From Pocillopora damicornis (Eukaryota), in the NCBI RefSeq assembly GCF_003704095.1, contig NW_020843442.1:1-64000 (forward strand): a stretch of 64,000 nt of DNA. The letters are read 5' to 3'. Of this stretch, positions 12,303 through 25,500 are shown one piece after another. The notes under the pieces are model-generated. The model worked only from the letters and a program-made list of their open reading frames with translations. It was not told the origin of the DNA and made no database searches. The position numbers and the translations under genes are program-made. Each line of letters starts with the position of its first letter. The stretch's first letter is position 1.

Positions 12303-13654
12303 GTAAGTTTGGTATTGTTAGCATGAAATGCCTTCCCCAGTTTGTGCAGTTTGATTGACAGGCTTGCACCTTAGAATGTTGTCTCTCTCACAAGCCTATG
12401 AGGTACAATCCCTTCAATTGAAGAAAAATTAGATAGGAAACTATTTTAGCTTTTACAGACGTTTTTTGCCATAAGAATTACACTCTTTACTATGTGCAAT
12501 AGCCAAGAGAGTAGACCCATGTGCCACCAGCTGTGACTGTGTGGGTGATAGTGATGTCAGTATTCTGCTGAAAAATGTAGATAATTGCATGCAAAATGCA
12601 AATAAAAGAAAGCATGTTTTCAAATTCTTGGGATTGTATTGTATTACTTTGTTTTTCTTGTTGTTGTTGTTTTACTTTTGTTCTGTTTTGTATTTGTCTT
12701 TTAATTTTTACCTAATCAAAAAAAAATCATGTTGCATTCATTCTGAGTGCGGTTGTTTGAGACTGGTAAAGATTCTTCGGTTGAAGATCGAGAAAATGAA
12801 AGACACAGCATATACAAACAACAAAACTATAAATAGTACCAAGGGTCACTTGTGCTGTTAAAAAAAATCTCCGCTATTTCAATGATTTCTTCTCGGCCAA
12901 ATTTTAATATATTTGGACAGTCTCTCAGCCGCGAACATATTAGCTGACATACCAACCGCCTAAGAAACATCTGGTCAATGTAATATTAAGAGAATAGCTG
13001 ATTACAACACAAAAGCATTTTCAGAGCGTGCCACACGTGTGACAAGGTCCATTGCTATTTCTGGCTTTCATTAGAACATACCGTAGCCTCTTTTGTTAAG
13101 ATATTTCTTGAACACTAGCGGGAGCAGCGGATAGAGGTGTTAACCGTTTTCCTCTCGTTACCTTGGACGATTTCAACTTCATAAAATCTGGCGCATGTAC
13201 TACAAATCTTGTGGGGTGTAAAAGAGATCTTGTGAAGGTCTTAATTTAAAAATGAGGTAAAGGCCACGTGCGCATTTTCAGTTGTTAAAAACTGAACGAT
13301 TAGTGCTAACAGTTCATGAAATAAGTTCCACTCTCACGGCCATGAACAGATGGCTAACGCTCAAGATGCCAGCTGTCCAATATCGTTTCGCTATTTTTAT
13401 TAACTGAGTGACTGATAAGAAAGACGTCTGGAAAAGCTTGAGTCCTAATATAGTGGACAAGTGTTTAAGCAGCTCTTCTCTAGCAGATAGGGTTACGAAA
13501 CGTTCAGGGGTTCGTGTGGATTTTATTATCCAATACTTGTAAAGGATTCTGGGATATAATTATTTTACGTAACAAAAGTTGAAACATCTCCCCCTGGCAT
13601 GATGAACTTGGCACCGTGGACTCGAGGCTAAATTAAGCTTTTGGCTTGCTTCAA

Positions 13655-13716
13655 GCTGATTGGTTGATTATCTACGATTCAAAACAACCAAATTAGTTAC
13701 CATCGCCGCCATCTTG
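13655..13716 (+). promoter_or_regulatory. Akirin proximal promoter motifs: reverse CCAAT box (TGATTGG) and YY1-type CCGCCATCTT (13706-13715)
   Basis: Motifs read directly about 170-230 bp upstream of the ATG. Function is inferred. Confidence 0.45.
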
Positions 13717-13882
13717 AGCTATACGTTCTTCCTTAGAGATTCTAGTGTTAAAATCCGTACCATCTTGAGTGCATCGTCCTTGTAAAACATTTCTCGGGTC
13801 CTGTGTCAAGTCTTAAATTATCAATCTGCCCTAGGCTCGGCTTTTTTTGTAATTTTATCGAGAAGGAGCAAGTTAAAACGCA

Positions 13883-16800
13883 ATGGCTTGTGCTACCCTC
13901 AAGAGGTCTTACGAGTTTGACCCTCTTCTTACGCCTCAACATCAACCCTCACCGAAAAGAAGAAGATGCATTCCGCTTAAACCATCAACCCCTCCTCCGT
14001 CAGTCTCAGCGGAATCCCATTTTCGTGGCGCTGCTCCAAGATTATCACAAGGTAATGCTTAATTTTGCTATATCATAGTTGGTTTTACAGCTGAGCTTTT
14101 CTTTGCGACGTATAGGGTTCGTTGAGTTTCAGTGTGACACAATCCTTAAGTGAGACCGTTTTAAGTTGTAAAGGCGAAAACTTTTCTCAGTGCATCAGCT
14201 TCAATGGGGTAACATTTAAAAATTTTCATTTCTTTTGAAATTTAAGTCAAAATCGAGGCGATCGTTGTTGGGCGAACGTCGTCTCTGTAAGGTATTCTTT
14301 GTTTCTTGCGTGTTCTTATACATTTTCAACTTTCTTTTACCTTTTCACAAGAATTACTGTCGGCATTGTTTAAGTTACTGTTTTGTAGGACTAGAGAGAC
14401 AACTGAATACGTTTATTGATTCCCAAGTTTATTTCTTAGGAACATTTTGCAAAATTTATGTGAGTTCAAAGGTAGATGGTACTGAAATCGATTGTGCTTG
14501 TGTGATGACGCCAAACGAGATCGAGATAAGCTCATGAGGTTGCACATTTCTTTCAAGGCTTTGGTGTTAAAAATGTGATTCGTTTATATTTGCGGCGTTC
14601 TCTTATGGCTCTGGTTATATTGAACTCAGGATAATTGTTTTTGTGGGCGAGTTTACTTCGAGAATTCTTGCGAAATTGTTGCAAACTTGAATGGAATTTC
14701 ACAAATGTCGTCTGCCCACTGCACTGAGACGAAGTTAGAAGAAAGATTGCCTTATTTGATAGAGGAGCGGGTGTCAATTCGTGTTTTGCCGGTGATTTTT
14801 TTCTTTCTATTTAACTGGATAAATTCATTGTTACGCTCAAATGATAACATGTGGTATAATGGTGCGAAAAGGCCTCTACTTTCATCTGTTCGTTTCTTAC
14901 TTGTATACATATTGAAATGCAAATGAACCAGAAATTTCTTTGAAGATATGAAAGAAAACGATCGTATGTTTCTATGATAGGAAGAGCTTATTGTTCTTGG
15001 TTTTAAAACAGCTTGTTTAAATTCATCCTTTCATAACTAAATGTTTGATATGGTAAACTGCTCCCATAGAAATCTTTGTAGAATGAATGATTATGATGGT
15101 CCACGATATGTAGCTGTTTTTCATGAAAGATATATTGTGTCCATGCATATAGTTAAATATTTAGACAAGACCTGTGGTTCTGATTTGATTTCATGAATAG
15201 ATATTGATGGATTGTGGTCATTCTCAAAATATGTTCCCTTTTAAAATCTGAAAATTAATTATAAATTTGATTTGAATTGAGCTGAATGTTTGAAACACAT
15301 GGTTTGAGTTTTGTAGCTTTAATAGGTTTCTATACTTTTAAGCAGAAACTTTTGGTGTCATGCTGTATATAGTACAGGCTTCACCTTGCTTATGATGTTT
15401 TGTCATTTTTATTAAACCCTCATCTGGTAGGATTATGACATCTCCTTTGAAGTGCAGGTTGGCATGTGACTTCATCATGTTTCCAAACTGAAAATATTAC
15501 TAATCCCTTTGAGTTTTTAGTTTCATCAGCTGTAAGAAAAATTGAGAAAATGAACTTTTACATATTTATAGCCTATTCTGTAATAGATTTGGATAATGTG
15601 ATATTTTAACCGGTTTTTAGCCCAGGACAACATTTTAAGATGCAAGGGAAGTGTTTAAGAAGGCAGTATCAGCCCTGTTAGCTTTCTTCATTCCATTGCT
15701 AGTCATAGCCCCACTCAATTTTAAAATTTTAACTCTCTTAGATTGTTTGGCCCTATTAAGTTTTGCAAAGATGGTTTTTTTTTCCTTTTTTTTTTTTTTT
15801 AAGATCCTTGAATTTGAAGATGAGTATTTCTGTGGTGACATTCAAGATATAGCTGAATTACAGTGTTACTTTAAATACTGACTTGGGTGTGATAATTCTT
15901 TGTAATTTGGTTTCTTATCTTGGTAAGATTTTAAGGGTCATTACTTTTCTTCAGGGAGAGTTATTCACAGTCACAGAACAAAAGCCATTTTAAAAACAGT
16001 GCTTTATAGAGCTTTGCTTGATTTTGGTTGCAGTAATCAACAAAAAGGATTTGATTGAGAGATGTTCTTTATCTCTTATTAAAACACCCTTCCATGATTT
16101 GTGGCTCTTTAGAAGTTTTTTTTTTTTTTTTTTACTTCAAATAAGTATGCCAATTTTTTCCACACAGGGATTGTTATTGATGTAACATTTATTGGTTTCC
16201 TTCAATGTTTAGATCAAGTTTCAGCGAGCATTAATCAGGAATGGAGAAGACTCCAGAGGCGAAAGCATCTCAGAGTGCCATGTCCAAGTTCCCCTGAAAT
16301 GAGTTCTTTCTCTTCATATTCACCTGGATCTTCTCCCCCACGGAAAGAACAACCTCTTTTCACTCTTAAACAAGTAACGCTCATCTGTGAAAGAATGCTA
16401 AAAGAAAGAGAAGCACAAGTTACAGAGGAATACGATAAAGTTTTGAGAGAAAAACTGGCAGGTTGGTGACTGAATATCATTTTGAGTAGCATACTGGAAA
16501 GTTCTCTCCCTTGTTGAGGTGTTTATTTCTAGTTTAGGGAATGCTATCCTGTAATGCTCTGTAGACCAAACATTATGATTTTTGGTCTGTTCATCTCTTT
16601 CTGTCATCTGACACCAGACACCAGATTTATCTGTAGTCAACAGGGTTGATTTACATGCTAAAATCATGAAAGGAAGAGTAGCACCTGATGGCATTGGTGA
16701 ATTGTCTAGCCAAACTACATGTATTCATGGAAGAATTATTCAACTGTGACTTATTTTCTTATTTATATTTGATTTCTCTTTTCTTTTTTAGAACAATATG

Positions 16801-17848
16801 ATGCATTTGTCAAGTTTAATTATGATCAGGTGCAGAGAAGATTTCAAGAGACTGCACCAACATGTAAGGATTGCAAAATTCAAATTTTTTTTTGGCAAAA
16901 GTCTACAAAAGTGCATATCTTTTTCTGTCTCACCATTTGTTTCATTCTCAGTTCCTTACTTTCATGCCTTTATAAAATTCAATTTTTTTAATGGCATGTG
17001 ATGGAGAGGTTTTTAAAGAAAGGCAGGCAGTTGAGATTTTGGTCTGGTTAGCTGCTACCAAGATTTTGTCAAAGATGTCTTCTTTTTAATCTCTAATCTT
17101 CTTTACCCTAAAACAGGTCCTCTTCATAATACTTTGCTCCAGCTAATGAAAAATGCAATTGATCGCTTTTTTCTAGACCAGTGAAGGTCACGGGAAGCCA
17201 ATGATGAGCAACACCCCTCTTATTTGTGATGTTTCTAATTAGCAATGGAATGCTTACAAGTAACACACTGAAGTGAAGTTACTTTGAAAGACCTTTTCTC
17301 TTAACCAAACAAGAAATCCTAGATACTGATTATCTCTGTGTTATCCTAAAAACTTGTTGAACAAGAAGAGTTCAACTCTCATTATAACCACTATGTCCAG
17401 TATTTTGGCACATTTTGCAGGCTAAAATGGATGTTTTAAATTTTGCTCAATTTTTTTGCATGATTGTTCAGACGGTTTTGTTTAGTTCATTTTTTTTCCA
17501 ATGCCCTCCAAAGTAATAATAGAAAGTAGTAATACAGGTTGTTCTTGGGCTTAATTATTTTTTTGGGCCATTCTCAGAGTCAATGTAACCCTGCCTGCTT
17601 GGGTTTAAATGATTGTGAATTGGGCCCCAAAACAAATTCATGCCTGGGAACATAAACGCCATTGTTTTATTCCACCATGTGAATTAGATATATTCACATG
17701 TCTAAGGAATGACAAAAAAACAGTTTTCACTACAGCCCTCAATTTTACTGGTCTGTCAATATTGCATGTTCATTTGATGTTACTTCTTGCCATATCTCCT
17801 ATTTATATTTTGATACATGTCTTGTTTCTCTTTGCAGATGTTTCGTAA
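13883..17848 (+). CDS. AKIRIN: Akirin. Exons 13883-14051, 16213-16461, 16792-16863, 17838-17848
   Basis: MACATLKR...FDPL...SPKRRRC N-terminus with NLS, PLFTLKQVTLICERMLKERE, KLAEQYDAFVKF and C-terminal TYVS. Intron phases are consistent. Confidence 0.95.
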
Positions 17849-19544
17849 ACAATTGTTCCTGAGCTGGCTCAGCAGAACACTCATTGTCCACTTCCATCTA
17901 GTTGCTATTTCAAAAGCAAGAGCAAGATTTTAAGGAAATGCTGTATAGACAATCATAAGCAATAGTTAATGACAATTACAAGGACTATTTTTAAGTGATC
18001 ACCATAGAAGACTAATTGTTTCTTACCATGCCTCTTCTTGTCATTGTATTACTAGTCTTAAAAAAAATTGGTTCATGTTATCCTTTGATCAGAGATCATA
18101 TCCTCATCCTTTCTGATGTGAAGCAAAGTACTTGTCACTAAAGAAACTATGGAACCAGCTTCACTTCAACTTTTGTTATTTCATTTCTTGTGATTCTTAA
18201 CTTTTTGGTGTTCACTGTTAACTAGTGTAAATATGTTTGTAAATAAGATTGGCTGATTAATTCAAGTTGTAAATCTGTTTTGTTTCTCAATCTAGAATTT
18301 TTGTGTCATTATCTCTGTCTGAATATCTGTTGACATTAAATAGGAAATAGTTGTTAGGAAGCAACAGGGAAATAAAATTTGTTCTGTAAGCAGCCCGGAT
18401 GGTTTTTTTTATACAGTATTATATTTGATGCTAATCAGCTGTATCTGTTTCATCTGGTACTGGTAAACTAAGTTTTCAAGTGGCCGAACACTTGAGGATG
18501 ATATTCCTCCATTGATGTTTTCTAATTTTAACCTTGCATCCCTTCTGACCAGAGAGGATGGTCAAGAGGGCCCTTTTTTCTGAAAAAGAGACAAACTACC
18601 TGAGAATAGTAACAGTCCTCATTCCATACAGTAAACGTGACATGTAAGGAAAGAAAATCAATTTGAATGAAAAATATGGCAATTGAGGCTATTATTTCTA
18701 ATTTTCCTGACCTTACGTGACTGATTTTGAGTAATGGTGATTGAATTAATTAGAGTCCAATGAATCTGTTGAATCTTACTTACACCAACCCAACCACTTT
18801 CTTTGCTCGCCCAATTACTCATGAAGTTTTCATCTACACCTCTCTTTCCACCCTTGCTTTCCCCTTTTCAGTCGCATAGTTTCTTCGTTAAAGTACGTTA
18901 TATATCTATCTACAAGAGTTCGAAGATGTTGTCAATATGCGAGTGGTAACGGAAGAACCTTTGGATATTGTTTTAGCCTTCAGTAAAGCTTATGCTTTCA
19001 AGTAACTTTTTGTCAACGTGACCCAGGATATTACGGAGCTTGGGTTCTCGTTGACACTTGACCAGTGTGGTTTGAAGTGATGTAAGATAAAGCAGGAAAT
19101 GGAAGAGTCATTATTAATCGAGAATCGTTAAGTCCATGAGTAACCAAGGTCGCCATATCTATGATCTCCATCTCGTCCCATTCACGATTTTCAGAGGGAC
19201 TAAATAGAATATATCTCATATCATATCAAGTGATAGTTATTTTGCAGTTGTATTTCTTGACATGATATCGATTTTTGGGGGGGTTCTTGAATTGAGAAAA
19301 ATTAAACGCAAATGGCGAGTCGTCCAATATCATTATTGTTGAGTTGCGTGATGTGTTCCTCCTTTTAGAATTTATTCCTTTCCGGCCCTCTTCCGTTACG
19401 TCATCGGAAGGAGTTCGTGGACTCGATCGCGTTCCGTGAAACATTCGAAAGCATGCGTTGACGCGACAAGGGCCCGCGAATTATTCATAATCCCTTCTGT
19501 TCTCATGACACATTGGGGAAACAGAGTGTGCGTGTGTGTTTGTG

Positions 19545-22500
19545 ATGGCAAAGTTTTCTGTCAGAAGACACTCTGATCCGTTCTTTGTTATAGCGTTGAA
19601 GGAGGCCATCGTTAAGATATCCGCTCAGAAACAGTGTCCGAATGAAGGCAGGATTGTTCGATCGGTCCTTCAAGAATTCGATTGGAGTAAAACGGAGATA
19701 CAGAAGCAGTTAAAGTTCGCGGTTAAAGATGGTTTGATTCTTCAGGTGACTACATTTTCTAGCCATGGGAGTACTAAAGGAATCCCTCAAACTGCTTACA
19801 GGATTCTTCGGAAAGATGGCGAAGACGAGGTGAGTACCTATGGTTTCATGTCTTAGAACACGCGCACATTCATCGCGCAGGAAGTGGTATTCGGGATTCG
19901 TTTTACTACTTCCAATTGTTTATGTATTAAAGGCTTATAAGAGCGGGGGCGTTTCGATGACTGGTCCCATCTCTAACTGGTTTTACCGTTGAGAGAGTGA
20001 AGACGACGTTTGTGATCGTTTAGGTCATGTTTGTAACTATTCTTGTGCGTCTGAAGCATTTCTGTTTAGGCAGTTACACTTCGATGGTTTTCCATCATGC
20101 TGACCCGAACATGCAAATTGAGATTTTAACAAAACAAGAATATTCATGACATGAAAAAATACAAAAAAATTTTATTAATGGAACTCTTTCGAATATAGAG
20201 TATCATTCTGTTGGGGGATTTAATCATTTCCTCCGGAGCTAAAACATAGCGAGTTGTGTGTCGTGCGACCAAGCCGGTGTATTTCTGCTTTTTCGGATGG
20301 TCCTTATCATGCAGATTAGCAGCGCTTGTGTCTCATTGTTGTATTCCACGTTAAAGAAGCTTGTCTATGAATATTTATTACTGTTTGCGGTCACTTAAAT
20401 GCTGTTGCCCTGAATTAACAAGTGTTTGACTTGTTGCGTTGCTAACTCCACGTCATTTAGCTTAACTAAAGGAACGCTTGGGTCGTTTCTAAACATGGCA
20501 ACTTTCTCACTCGTGCAACGCTCGAGTCATTACCCCTTCTCGGGTTTTTGCACTAACTCAGCCGGTTCGTGTTCTTCTCATTCCTTTTAGTCTCTCAGAC
20601 TTAATCTGTTCATTGGTTCCGGCTTCTGACTTCATTTGCATCTTTTTTATCCGTGTTGGTATAATTTACTTTCCCTTCAGCTCTTAATTATTTAATACTT
20701 TTTTCAGCTTTTTCGCGTGAACGATTTTCGATCCAAAATGCATTCGCAATACAGAATTTGTAGAAATACTCCCTAGTTTGACGGTTGTAATTTCAATTTT
20801 ATGATAAAATGGTGCTTTTAGCATAACGAGAGAATATTTGAGCCATTGATTCTGACTTTTGTAGGTGTCGATGCTTTGAAAACCTTAATCTTACGAAGAA
20901 ACAATCGATTGCTTTGTTGAAGCGATATTGTTCGTTCTTGATAGTAATCTCAATCCTTAGGTTAAGAAAAAGTTTTATTTGTATTTAAAACAAGCTTAAA
21001 GCAATGAAACAAGTCATTTTTGTTAATAGCCTTATAGTTTATCACTGTAGTGCAAGCCACTTTCATGCATCAAACCTCCATTCAAATTACGAAAACCTTT
21101 TGTTATAGGTCATTTGCATATCTTATGTATGACATCCAAAAAGTTAGATATCGTCACTATGGTTTGAAGTTATTGTAGCAGAATTCTTTTAAAAACCAGT
21201 TTGCGGTCAAAATAAAAAATTGTCAAGTCCACTATCATAACTACATGGTTAGGAGTTCAGTCTTAGCCAAGAGAGCAAAGTGTCAGTCCTATTGTCTCTG
21301 ACATGGTAGATTCTCTCGAGGCACTTAATTCTACCTTTGGTAGACAGGATGAAGTAGTTTAGATTAGAGTTTCAGACAGATTCCCTGAGGGGTCACAAAA
21401 CAAGACTTGTTGGTTCATTTGTGGAGAGTTCTAAATAATTAACAATGATAACTGGAGGATGTTTAGTGCAGTTGCAAGAATTATAAAGGATGAGAGGTGT
21501 TTTATCTGCTGAAACAAAAGGCAGAGGTGGATAAAGCTAACCTAGGTCTTGACATTTCTAGTTCCAATCTTGCAAAAAGCGAATAAAAAAAATTTTGTGA
21601 CATCACTTTACATGCATATTCAAGTAAGCTATTGTTTGTAGTTATGACATAATGAGAACATAGCAAGCAGCTGATAGAATGGACTTCATGCTTATAGTCA
21701 ACCTGCTTTGAGGTAGTATCATTTATATATTATTATAGTGCTGATTGTTTGGAGAGCCTGTGTTCTGTCACATGCTGCATTTTCAGTGCCAATTGGGCAT
21801 GCTGGGAACGTTTTTAGTGGTGTGGTGTCATGTGCTAGCAATGTATGCAAATTCTTGTTTCACCTTGGAAGGTTTGCTGAATTAAATCATGGTTACACTG
21901 CTGGAGCCTTGTCTTTGATAATCTTAACCTCCACTAAAGGACAATACTAATGGACCAGAACTGCCTGCATGGTCAGTGAGACCATGTTACAGGGGATGAA
22001 AATCTTTCTTAACCTCTGGGTGGAAAATTGAAAAAAAAATTTCCTTTTTGGCCTTGTTTGATAGTTGAAGCACAACTACATGAAATTCTGTGCTCGCATT
22101 AAAAGAAGAAACAGCAATCAGATAGGCTGAATGTCTGTCATAAAGATGGAAGTGGTCAATGTCAACAGACATTATATGCAAATTTTTTTTCTCGCGACGG
22201 AAGTAAACCAGACAATATCGGGCACTTTTAATTCAAAACATTCAAACATCTTGTCACCAAAGTGGTGTCTAGACTAGCACTACACCAACCCCTTTGTCAC
22301 ATTAGCTTCATCTCCATCACAGTCTCTCTAGCCCTGAATCATATTAAACAATCCAGTTCAGTTACCAGAAAAATACTTTAGAATTCTAAGTGCTCTTAAT
22401 TTCAGTTTTAATTTTGTTTGTTTGTTTGTTGTTTTTTTTGCCTTCATAAGTTTTCTGCTGTATGATTGTTAGCTGAGTACTTTAGACTAATAAAAATCAT

Positions 22501-25500
22501 TGTACATAGACTTTTTTGCTGACAGGGTTGAAGGTTATTCAGCAGTTGTGCTCTGAATTTCATATCAGATCTGTGTATAACATCTGACATTCAGCTGTTG
22601 TAGCTGGCTTCTATAAAAAGTTTCATTAATGTCTTTTGTTATAAACTCAAGGTTCAACAGCAATATGTTAGTGGTTGACTTTATCACAGCTTGCCACCAA
22701 ATATCACCTGCTTTACACAACTAACCGTTTTCTTCAAAACTTAAACCAAAGCCTGTAAAGAATTGCCTTTTTTATTTATTTCTTTGTCATCAGGATGAAA
22801 TAGAGAAGCAAAAGAAAAAATTGAGTTCCAACACTCATGACTGGTATTGCTGGGAATGTCACAAAGCAGGAGAAGTGATTGCATGTGAATACTGTCCTCG
22901 TGTGTTTCACAGGAAGTGTGCTCATTCTGGTACAGTTGCAAATGGCAAATGGAAATGCCCATCCTGCCAGGTAATCAGTAATTTCTTTGTTCTGTGTACA
23001 GGCTGGAGACAGAGCGACAGGGGCTACTCTACTGGCCTCTGGATGGAATGGTCTGGGCTCCAGCTCTGTGGGGTCATAGTGTTGTGTTCTTAGGCACAAC
23101 AATTCTCTTCCACAGTGGGTGTCTCCACTCAGGGTAACTTGATGAAATGCAAGGGGCTTATCTGCAATAAACTAGCATCTTACTCTAGAGGATTAATAAT
23201 ACTCCTGGTCACTTTCTGCAACTGATATACTCCTGAGGATTAATAATACTCCTGGTCACTTTCTGCAACTGATATACTCCTGCAGCTGTGAGCTACAGTG
23301 TGGTACACAGTGTTTTTCTTTCCAGGAAGTAGCTGGTAAATTTATTCCTAGAGTACTGTTATCTCATCTTACTGGGTTGAAATGGCTGATAATTATTGAA
23401 AATTGAATGGAAAAAGGATTGCTCTACTGGTTTGAAAATTTCTTTCACCTGTCGTCCTCAAAATAAGGGAGAAGTTTTCATGCATAATTCATATTGTTTG
23501 AGTTGAATGGGATGATATCAGGTTTATTTTTAAACTTCAAGTTAGTTGATGTCTGTCTGGACAATTTTTTCACAAGTGGAAGTGATAAAGGCTGATAAAG
23601 CACCCACTTTCATTTAAACATTTAAGCTTCTGCAAAAGCTACCCTATGAAGTTGTAAAGAAGATAATAGAAATATTAACTTTGGTTGATCTTATTTTTAT
23701 TGTAATCTTTGCTGTTCCTGTGACCACAGCCCCAGAAGCTCTCTGCCTTGATGGCAAACAAGACACCAGACCAGCTTGCTAAGTTGCTGAAATTTACTCT
23801 GGAGAGAATGAAAGAAAAGGTAACTCAGTATACTTCTTGTGGTTTTTTAATATTGTCTATTTTTATGCTAGGGAGGGGTTTTGGAAACTCTAAATGGTAA
23901 TTACATCTCAAAAGCCAAAATATTTAAAGGGAAGTGTGAAGGAAAGCAAAGTGGGAAGTTCAGATTAAAAAGATCACCTTTATTTCTTACTGAAACTTGA
24001 CAATCAAGGCTAAATTGTGTTGTTTACCTAAATACATCTGCAAACTTAGAAAGGTTATTTTGAAATCATCATATGTGACTTCATAAGCATTTTACAAAAG
24101 CCAGCATACACACATGTTGCTCAATTGGATAAAACAATCATATATGTGCTATAATATTAAAACTTCACATGAAATTTGCTGTGATTTGTTCGCATATGCA
24201 TGGTAGCTGAAAGAAAATTTTAAGAAATACCAGTTAAGTTTTCCAAGAAATTATTAACCTGGAAATTATGAAAATCTAGTTTTTAGGCTCAAAAATAGGT
24301 GGCAACTTATACATGGGATCGACTAATACTGGATTAAATACAGTAATTGTGTTGGTGAGGGTGAATAACAATGCAGGAACTTGATTGAAATCAAAGCCAT
24401 CGCTACTTGTTTGTTCAGTGTTTTTACATATTTGTGGCAGAAACCAATTTGTCCTTTTCCTTCTGAGGACTGACTGTTAAGACATTCATACTCTGCAATC
24501 AACTTGTACTTTATGGAGCAAGCTGCATTACCACTTCACAATCAAGGTTGCTGTAGGAAGTTATTAGATTGTGAACAAATTATCAAGTTATTGAAAGACA
24601 TCAAGTTATCAAGTAATTTTTATTAAGTTTATATCACTGATGATTCTGTTGAAACATTATAAGTTGCTCTTGAGGAAATTCTTGACTCAAGCAACAGTTG
24701 TTATTGGTCATACCATGTTTTTTGGCAATCCTCTTTCAAGTTAGATGTATATTAGATATGCAGTAGGATTATCTCTCTATGTTATTGAGAGGTAATAAAG
24801 TAAGTGACTGTCTTTGGCAGGCCAAGGAATTGATGGAGCCAATTTCTCAAGATGAGCATCCAGATTATGAGGACTTCATATTCAAACCAATGGATCTTAA
24901 GAATTTGGAAAAGGTTTGTAATACATAGTGTTCTCTGGAAGCACCAGTGTAGGCTGCTCTTTTCTTAAGTGGCATCTGCTTTAATCAGGTAATTGGTGGC
25001 TGGCTTCTGATAAATCTCTGATGAACTCTGGCTATCAAACATGGATGAAAAATACACAGTCAAACAAATGCAAGACATGTCTCTACCTGGCTTTGTGTAT
25101 TCCAAAGGATGAATTAACTTCAGTTGTAGATCTCACTTCACAGGTTAAGAGATGTAAAATAGAACTCAGTGTTCTTGCATATATGCCAGATGGTTTCAAA
25201 AGATGTACGAGTTTATGCTTAGATCTTATCTTTTTATATATTTTGTGTAACAGGTGTGATGCAATGTTGCATTTTATTCCGCAGCTGGTTGAAAAGAAAT
25301 CATTTAAGTCTCCTAAAGAATTCAGGGAAGAATCTCAATGGATATTTCACAATGCGATCATTTATTTTGGAGGTAATAAAGAAATATACTGTTAACATAA
25401 ATCAGAGTTCTCAAAACAAATAGGTACCTATCTTAAAGCATACGGGTGTGCTTCTTGGCTGAAGTGTTGTTGGTATGTAGCGAACAGTTGTGATATTTGG

